Assembly: GCA_033442325.1 (NCBI GenBank)
Contig: JAWQFM010000036.1
Span: 650,200-655,420, forward strand
DNA length: 5,221 nucleotides
Direction of reading: 5' to 3'
From: Salpingoeca rosetta
Taxonomy: Eukaryota; Protista; Choanoflagellata
The notes under the pieces were generated by a model. The model had not been told where the DNA came from and did not search any database. It saw nothing but the letters and a program-made list of their open reading frames with translations. Below are positions 1-5,221 of the stretch, piece by piece. Both the position numbers and the translations under genes were made by a program. Each line of letters opens with the position of its first letter. Position 1 is the stretch's first letter.

Positions 1-852
1 GATCAGGGTTGGTGTTGTGTGTGATGATAGTGCGGGGGGTGTATTGTGTACTTGTTGCACATGCGCCGCTGCGTTGCTGTTGTTGTGTGCTGCGCTGCCT
101 GCACTCGCGGGGCGTGTCTGCCAGCATGAGTTTTGTGTGTGAGAGACGGCGATGCGAGGGCGCCCTTGTGCGTGGCGCATCTGCTTTTATGTTTGTCGCA
201 CGCGGGACTGAGGAAATTATCGATGCGGTGGCTTTGTTATGTGGTCTTTGGCATGGGTGCTGTTTTCGGCATTGTGTTGCGCAGACTCTTGTTTTGGCAC
301 GGGAGACTCGCTCTCTCGTTGCTGTTGACAGAGTGTGTGCGGGCATTGTTGGGAATGTTGCGCTTGCCGCTTGGCGCACACCACCGGGGAGATGCTGGCG
401 ACAGGGCTGCAAACGGCCCGTCTTGAAACACGGACCAAGGAGTCTAACATGTGCGCGAGTGTTTTAGCGAGCATGAAGCTAGGGCGCGCAATGAAAGTGA
501 GAGGTGGGATGCAGTGTTGGCAAGTGTGCGTGAGTACACTTTTATCTGGCACTCGCAGCACCATCGACCGATCTGGATTGGGGGAGGGGGAAAAGCACTT
601 TTGTGTGGCTCCACCTCCTCCGCTGAAGGATTTGCGTTTTAGCGCAGATGTTAGGACCCGATAGATGGTGAACTATGCCTGAGTAGGGCGAAGCCAGAGG
701 AAACTCTGGTGGAGGCTCGTAGCGATCATGACGTGCAAATCTGTCGTCGAACTTGGGTATAGGGGCGAAAGACTCATCGAACCATCTAGTAGCTGGTTCC
801 CACCGAAGTTTCCCTCAGGATAGCTGAGACTTTTTTTGCAATGTGGTTAGTT

Positions 853-883
<31 letters not shown>

Positions 884-1125
884 GGGGGAGCCACTTCCCT
901 CAACCTATTCTCAAACTTTAAATGGGTAAGGCGGCGCGCTTTCTTTGTTTATGAAGCGGGCAATGCTGAATAACCGAGTCTCAAGTGGGCCATTTTTGGT
1001 AAGCAGAACTGGCGATGCGGGATGAACCGAACGCGGAGTTAGGGTGCCGGAATCGACGCTCATGAGAACCCACAAAAGGTGTTGGTTGATATAGACAGCA
1101 GGACGGTGGCCATGGAAGTCGGAAT

Positions 1126-1159
<34 letters not shown>

Positions 1160-1736
1160 TCAACTAGCCCTGAAAATGGATGGCGCTCAAGCGTCGTACC
1201 TATACTCCGCTGTGTGTGGAAGAAAGTGAGCGAAGCGAGCATTCGTGCTTGTTGCGTCTCAAAACTACATGTAGCCACACACAAGTAGGTGGGCGTGGAG
1301 GTGTTTGCGTGAGAGCAAATTTTTGATTTACCGTTGAAGCCTGTGGCGTGAGCCTGGGTGGAGGGGCCTCCAGTGCAGATCTTGGTGACAGTAGCAACGA
1401 TTCAAATGAGAGCTTTGAAGACTGAAGTGGAGCAAGGTTCCGTGGGAACAGCAGTTGGCCACGGGTGAGTCGGTCCTAAGAGATGGGGCAGTCCTGTGTC
1501 AAGTGGGGAGTTGTTGCGTGTGTGCAGGTGGTGGTGATATTCTCGCCATGCTTGCGCACGTGTTGATTACCCCAGTCCATCGAAAGGGAACCAGGTTAAG
1601 ATTCCTGGACCAACGCACGCCACAAAGAATGTTTTGATAGAGCAGCGGCAACGCGTACAAACTCGGAGACGCTGCCGGGGGCCCTGGAAAGAGTTTTCTT
1701 TTCTTTTTAACGAGCTGCATTGTGGGGGGGAGTAGG
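1..1736 (+). rRNA. Partial nuclear large-subunit (28S/25S) rRNA gene, D2 through about D7; cut by the window start and by the gap
   Basis: Conserved eukaryotic LSU blocks appear in the expected order: CCCGTCTTGAAACACGGACCAAGGAG (from 417; LR3 site), GATGGTGAACTATGCCTG (from 664), CGAAGTTTCCCTCAGGATAGC (from 804; LR5 site), GGTAAGCAGAACTGGCG (998-1014; LR6 site), GACAGCAGGACGGTGGCCATGGAAGTCGGAATCCGCTAAGGAGTGTGTAACAACTCACC (GTPase-associated centre, about 1094-1152), GTGCAGATCTTGGTG (about 1373-1387) and CGAAAGGGAA (1581-1590). Confidence 0.99.
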
Positions 1737-1836
1737 NNNNNNNNNNNNNNNNNNNNNNNNNNNNNNNNNNNNNNNNNNNNNNNNNNNNNNNNNNNNNNNN
1801 NNNNNNNNNNNNNNNNNNNNNNNNNNNNNNNNNNNN
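1737..1836. other. Assembly gap of 100 N, the usual placeholder for a gap of unknown size
   Basis: Exactly 100 consecutive N. rRNA homology stops on the left side and does not resume on the right. Confidence 0.99.
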
Positions 1837-1877
1837 AATGCGGTTGAACTATCTCATCTCTTCCAGCATGATTCGAG
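1837..1877 (+). CDS. Possible further upstream exon fragment of the same gene (frame unresolved)
   Basis: Non-repetitive sequence ending at AG|GTCTGC. Two frames are open (NAVELSHLFQHDS and MRLNYLISSSMIR). Joining it to the 1963 exon frame needs a weak GAG acceptor. Confidence 0.25.
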
Positions 1878-1962
1878 GTCTGCGTCATGTAATCATGTGC
1901 CCTAATGACTCGCATTTATTGTCGTATGAGATCCGAGTGTTTGCTCACGAGCATGCTGGCAG

Positions 1963-2130
1963 ACGTATCAGGACCTGCTGGGTCTGGCACCGTTTCAGCC
2001 TTCGCGCTCTTGTGGTAACAGGTTCCTCGGTGTGAGTTGACAGATCTGTGGTAGGGGATTCCGAAGTTATGCATTAGGCGTGGTGTGTTTTGATGTGGAT
2101 CCTGTTTGGTGTTGGCTGGCATGTCACGTT

Positions 2131-2185
<55 letters not shown>

Positions 2186-2519
2186 TACAACTGCGGTTAG
2201 CTTCCGAGGGTCCTGCGGTCGACCCCTGATGAGGTGGTAGGGATGATGCAGAGACGCGTTGTGTTTGTGTTTGAGGAGTTCTTCAAGTCTCTCTCCACCC
2301 AAGTGCACACAGGTGAGGGAGTGAGTCATTGGGACAGGGAGTTGTGGAGTGAGTGTGGCGACGTTTGTCGTGTGGTGTGTGCGTTGCTCGCTTGTTCTCG
2401 TGTCCATTCCACCACTCTCACCATCTGCCAACTCGTGTGCCATGACTGTGCTATTTGCTACTATCAGCACTGCTGGAGTCTGCCAGGATCAACCTGAGTG
2501 GCGTCATCACCAGACAGAC

Positions 2520-2589
<70 letters not shown>

Positions 2590-2953
2590 GGGATCGTGTG
2601 CAGGGGTGCGAATCAGCGCGGGCACCTCACAACATCTCGCTGCCACCACCAACACCTTCATGCGCACAAACACGCAAATGCTCGCAGGGGGAAGATGCAA
2701 GTGGAAGGGCTGGCGTACGACACGCCCAATGAGACAGACGCCACACGATGTAATGCAGGAGTCTGTATGGTGCAACACCCCCGCTCACCGACGAAAGGCG
2801 GCCAAGGATAATGCACCCATGTGATGTGTTTGCGTGCAATGACGATGATGATGAGGAGGAGGATGAGGAGAGGACGAAGATGTCTAACAGCGTAACCAAG
2901 ATCAGCTCTGTCACAAGTTCATTAGCTCAGCACACCTTTGTGGTTACCTCTGC
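1963..2953 (+). CDS. Internal exons of a spliced gene resembling the ClpB/Hsp104 NBD2 (AAA_2-like) core; 5' end lost in the gap. Model: 1963-2031, 2201-2312, 2468-2521, 2688-2714, 2926-2953
   Basis: All four introns are GT-AG (GTGAGT..TAG, GTGAGG..CAG, GTGTGT..CAG, GTACGA..TAG) with compatible phases 0,1,1,1, and the repeat tracts fall inside introns. The product is TYQDLLGLAPFQPSRSCGNRFLGLPRVLRSTPDEVVGMMQRRVVFVFEEFFKSLSTQVHTALLESARINLSGVITRQTGGRCKWKGWPQHTFVVTSA. It parallels the recalled ClpB motifs RLVGAPP / LTEAVRRRP / VILLDEVEKA / FNILLQ / GRLTDGQG / NTVVIMTSN. The first three exons are the best supported; the later boundaries have alternatives. The family call is by eye only. Confidence 0.5.
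2134..2181. repeat. (CA)24 microsatellite in predicted intron 2032-2200
   Basis: Perfect dinucleotide run ending 19 nt before the TAG acceptor at 2200. Confidence 0.97.
2522..2586. repeat. (GT)32 microsatellite beginning at a predicted splice donor
   Basis: Perfect run directly after ACAG at 2518-2521. Confidence 0.97.
2841..2870. repeat. Imperfect (GAT)n/(GAG)n trinucleotide tract
   Basis: gacgatgatgatgaggaggaggatgaggag. Confidence 0.8.
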
Positions 2954-3000
2954 GTCAGTACATGGAAGTAAACGCGTTGAGATGACACGATGTCAGCCAG

Positions 3001-3003
<3 letters not shown>

Positions 3004-3053
<50 letters not shown>
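3004..3053. repeat. (GT)25 microsatellite
   Basis: Perfect dinucleotide run. Confidence 0.97.
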
Positions 3054-3054
<1 letters not shown>

Positions 3055-3252
3055 AAGCAAAGCAACACTGCAAACACACACCACCATCTCTTCACCCCAA
3101 GTTGAAGCAAGCAACTCAGCAAACAAAGAAGAAAAAAAGAAGTCAACCAAATCAAGCCAAACTAAGACAAGAGAAGAGGGAAGTGAAGGAGAGACAGCAA
3201 GCACCACAGCAGCTACAGCAACAGCAACCACAGCACCCCATATGGGAGAGAG

Positions 3253-3262
3253 AAAAAAAAAA
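3253..3262 (-). terminator. RNA polymerase III oligo(dT) terminator of the 5S gene
   Basis: A10 on the + strand is T10 on the - strand, starting 2 nt after the predicted 3' end of the 5S RNA. Confidence 0.88.
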
Positions 3263-3264
3263 GG

Positions 3265-3384
3265 AGAGCAACATCACCCGTGATTCCCGCCTGGTCACCC
3301 ACGGCAGTACTGAACGGGCCCAAACGGGCTTAGCTTCCGCGATCGGACGAGAGCGGGCGTGATCCCGTTGGTATGAACGTTGCC
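3265..3384 (-). rRNA. 5S rRNA gene, full length (about 120 nt)
   Basis: The reverse complement reads GGCAACGTTCATACCAACGGGATCACGCCCGCTCTCGTCCGATCGCGGAAGCTAAGCCCGTTTGGGCCCGTTCAGTACTGCCGTGGGTGACCAGGCGGGAATCACGGGTGATGTTGCTCT. Eukaryotic 5S signatures are present (CATACC, CTCGTCCGATC, GGAAGCTAAGC, AGTACT, GGGAAT). All five helices pair: I is 1-9/110-118; II is CCAACGGG/CCCGTT[T]GG; III is CCGC/GCGG; IV is CTGCC[G]TGG-GTGA-CCAGGCGG with a GNRA loop; V is GCCCGT/ACGGGT. Confidence 0.97.
3288..3335 (-). promoter_or_regulatory. 5S internal control region (type 1 Pol III promoter: box A about 3321-3335, box C about 3288-3305)
   Basis: 5S nt 50-64 (AGCTAAGCCCGTTTG) and nt 80-97 (GCCGTGGGTGACCAGGCG) occupy the established box A and box C positions. 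Confidence 0.75.
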
Positions 3385-3405
3385 GACAGTAGAGCAAGAC
3401 AAGCC

Positions 3406-3413
3406 ATTTATCA
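3406..3413 (-). promoter_or_regulatory. TATA-like element upstream of the 5S gene
   Basis: TGATAAAT on the - strand at -29 to -22 from the 5S +1 (3384). This is where many 5S genes carry a TATA-like box. The match is short and could be chance. Confidence 0.4.
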
Positions 3414-3520
3414 AGGCAGAGCCAGCAAGTAGCAAGCAAGAAGAAGAGGAAGAGGAAAATCGCACACACCAAAAACCAGCAGCAAGCAAGCAGAACCGAG
3501 CAAACAACCGATTCTGCTTT

Positions 3521-3540
3521 CCAACCAACCAACCAACCAA
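3521..3540. repeat. (CCAA)5 tetranucleotide repeat
   Basis: ccaaccaaccaaccaaccaa; the same unit recurs at 3972-3995 and about 4649-4658. Confidence 0.9.
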
Positions 3541-3655
3541 TCCACTCGCCGTTGCTTCATTCTTCTTCTGCGCAGCAGCTGGTGTGTGTATGATGGTGCT
3601 GGTGGTGGGAATGGTGATGGTGATCATGGTCGTCGTCGCTGCTGCTGACAGGCAG

Positions 3656-3700
3656 GTGAGTTGAGGTGAGGTGAGGTGAGGTGGGGTGAGGTGAGGTGGG
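3656..3700. repeat. (GTGAG)n pentanucleotide array, 9 units with GTGGG/TTGAG variants
   Basis: gtgag ttgag gtgag gtgag gtgag gtggg gtgag gtgag gtggg. Confidence 0.9.
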
Positions 3701-3760
3701 GATGTGTCTTTGGTTCATGCACACGCACACACACACACATTGGTGGTTGTGCGTGCCACG

Positions 3761-3815
3761 TTCCTTCCTTCTTCCTTCCTTCCTTCCTTCCTTCCTTCCT
3801 TCCTTCCTTCCCTTC
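3761..3815. repeat. (CCTT)n polypyrimidine tetranucleotide repeat
   Basis: About 13 near-perfect units, all pyrimidine. Confidence 0.93.
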
Positions 3816-3971
3816 GTCGTCGTCGCTGACGCATTCACACACACGCACATGCACACACACACATGCAGGGAGGGTGCACACTGTCTCTCTCCCCCTTCTC
3901 CTCCCTTTCTCCCTTTCATCCATCCATCCTTCCATCGTTGTCCATTTCCTTCTCCTGTGATGCACCACGCA

Positions 3972-3995
3972 CAACCAACCAACCAACCAACCAAC
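3972..3995. repeat. (CAAC)6 tetranucleotide repeat
   Basis: caaccaaccaaccaaccaaccaac. Confidence 0.9.
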
Positions 3996-4024
3996 GACCA
4001 CATGAATGACCCATCCATCGACAG

Positions 4025-4944
4025 GTGAGGGTGAGATTGAGTGCACCCAGTTCTTCCTCCCACTCCGTGCTCCTCCTCTTCTCCTTCTTCTCCTTGCACA
4101 CAGCGCACAGCAACAACCAACACCACCACCATCAACAACACCAGCAGCGCACGCTGTCATCGTGTACACACAGCCACGCACACACACTTATGTGGACCAT
4201 CATCCATCCGTGATCACAATTAACACACACCACTGCGTGTGGCACACAAATGCACTCACACACACTCACACACACACACTTGTTCACCGTTGTGTGGTGA
4301 CAGAACAACTGCCATCAGCCGCCATCATGCAGCGGCCCTGAGAATGGATCATTCAACCTCTTCACCAGTGAGCAGCACACACATGACAGAGGGGGGAAAT
4401 GACATCAACCCACATCACAGCCAATGTGGATGTGTGTGTGTGTGTACACGGGGTTGTGTTTCTTCTCATCCTCCTCCTTCTCCTCCTGTCTCTCCTCTTT
4501 CTGTCTGTGACACGCTGCTCACTGCTGTTGCTGTTGTTGTTTGCTTGTTTGTGGTGGTGCGTGCGTGCAGATGGATGGATTCCATCATCATCATCAGCAG
4601 CAGCAGCAGCAGGTGCTGGCTGATGCGTGAGGCAGTGGGCGACCCCCACCAACCAACCCACAAATGACTACATGCTGACGGATGAATGGTGATCGAACCA
4701 CTGCATCACCCAGACAAGTGTGCATATGTGTGTCAAACCACTGCCAGGCGGGTGTGTGTGTGTGCGTGTGTCGACGTGCATGTTCTCTTCTCCACCCGCC
4801 CACACGCCATCATCACCGCCTCCTCATGTTCTTGTGTGTTTGCTCAAATCCCCCCTTCCCACCCTCACCACCAAGACCACCACCACCCTTCTCGTTTGTT
4901 TCGTTCTCCTTCCTTTCTGCTGTCGCCACACAGAGGGCCCTTGA
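4025..4944 (+). pseudogene. Distal exons of the same Clp-like gene (end of NBD2 plus D2-small-domain-like region), apparently disrupted. Segments: 4025-4066, about 4111-4209, 4304-4367, 4571-4612, 4714-4751, 4934-4944
   Basis: CAG|GTGAGGGTGAG.. encodes GEIECTQFFLPL (recalled CLPB: GRINEIVYFLPF). HAVIVYTQPRTHTYVDHH compares with NITLLWDREVADVLVDGY, and MQRP*EWIIQPLHQ with LKRAIQQQIENPLAQ. From 4342 onward three GT-AG introns (4368-4570, 4613-4713, 4752-4933) keep phase and give EWIIQPLHQWMDSIIIISSSSSRQVCICVSNHCQAEGP*. There is an in-frame TGA at 4339-4341, and phases between 4066 and 4304 do not reconcile cleanly. Confidence 0.38.
4583..4612. repeat. Compound (CAT)4(CAG)6 trinucleotide repeat
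   Basis: catcatcatcatcagcagcagcagcagcag; it reads IIIISSSSS in the predicted exon frame. Confidence 0.9.
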
Positions 4945-5120
4945 ACCAGCAGCTGTCATCCCTTCCCTCCACCAAACACCACTGCTCTGGTGGGATGAAC
5001 AGACGGGCGCTGCCATGTGATGACCATCCAGCCACGCTTGTGCGGCTGTGGAAACAGCAACACCAACACCACACCACAAGCAAGCAAGCGATGAGCAACG
5101 TGAGTGCATCACTGTACGTA

Positions 5121-5138
5121 TGTGTGTGTGTGTGTGTG
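5121..5138. repeat. (TG)9 microsatellite
   Basis: Perfect dinucleotide run. Confidence 0.9.
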
Positions 5139-5221
5139 ATGAGCACAGCATCACTGCGCGTGTTTTGTGGTCGCTGTCTCTGCTGCTCCTGGCTCCCCTT
5201 GTTGTCCCACATCAATGTGTA

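Noticed and set aside
9-1637. ORFs on both strands within the left contig
   Set aside because: They lie wholly inside the 28S rRNA. Peptides such as RPVLKHGPRSL and GFRLPWPPSCCL are translations of conserved rRNA sequence.
417-1736. Group I intron or R-element insertion in the 28S
   Set aside because: Conserved core blocks are contiguous and extra length is confined to known expansion segments. The R1/R2 target region lies further 3', and no reverse transcriptase or homing endonuclease motif is visible after the gap.
1499-1915. ORFs spanning the N gap
   Set aside because: They are open only because N codons contain no stops, and the two sides are unrelated sequence.
1916-3231. Long ORFs with VCVCVC or THTHTH tracts
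   Set aside because: They are translations of (GT)/(CA) microsatellites that fall in predicted introns. Only short + strand sub-segments look coding.
2811-3362. 183-aa ORF with acidic, Lys-rich and Gln-rich stretches
   Set aside because: It runs through (GT)25 and the antisense strand of the 5S gene, and T-poor sequence lacks stops by composition. Only HTFVVTS is retained as an exon candidate.
3253-3384. 5S-derived SINE or processed 5S pseudogene with a poly(A) tail
   Set aside because: The A-run is a T-run on the sense strand, so it is a terminator rather than a tail. The 5S is full length with intact pairing, and no target-site duplication or SINE body is evident.
3521-4000. CRISPR-like or telomeric array
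   Set aside because: The repeats are 2-5 nt tandem units with no repeat-spacer structure and no TTAGGG-type units.
3557-4187. 194-aa and 187-aa minus-strand ORFs
   Set aside because: They are built from (GAAG)n, (GGTT)n, (CTCAC)n and (TG)n repeats and show no domain-like content.
4684-4703. tRNA T-loop or B-box-like GGTTCGATCACC on the minus strand
   Set aside because: The stem-loop register is not a canonical T arm, and no D arm, anticodon arm or acceptor stem can be folded.
4934-5099. Alternative longer exon readings on either strand (for example RALEPAAVIPSLHQ.., GPLNQQLSS.., or minus-strand LFIPPEQWCLVEG..)
   Set aside because: Several frames are open with plausible splice sites and none is recognisable. 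They cannot be told apart without transcript data.

Overview
Eukaryotic scaffold window made of two contigs joined by a 100-N gap (1737-1836). The left contig (1-1736, + strand) is an internal fragment of a nuclear large-subunit (28S) rRNA gene, from the D2 region to just past D7, with several enlarged G-U-rich expansion hairpins. The right contig (1837-5221) is extremely rich in microsatellites. That style resembles intron-dense choanoflagellates such as Salpingoeca, but the taxon is an inference only. It holds an intact 5S rRNA gene on the minus strand (3265-3384), which the ORF track does not show. It also holds a chain of short GT-AG-bounded + strand exons. By eye their peptides follow, in order, the motifs of the second nucleotide-binding domain and C-terminal small domain of ClpB/Hsp104-family AAA+ proteins, with the catalytic residues altered and one in-frame stop. 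If that gene model is right, the 5S gene is nested antisense inside an intron of a divergent Clp-like pseudo-ATPase gene or pseudogene, next to rDNA. The long six-frame ORFs are artefacts of rRNA and simple repeats.
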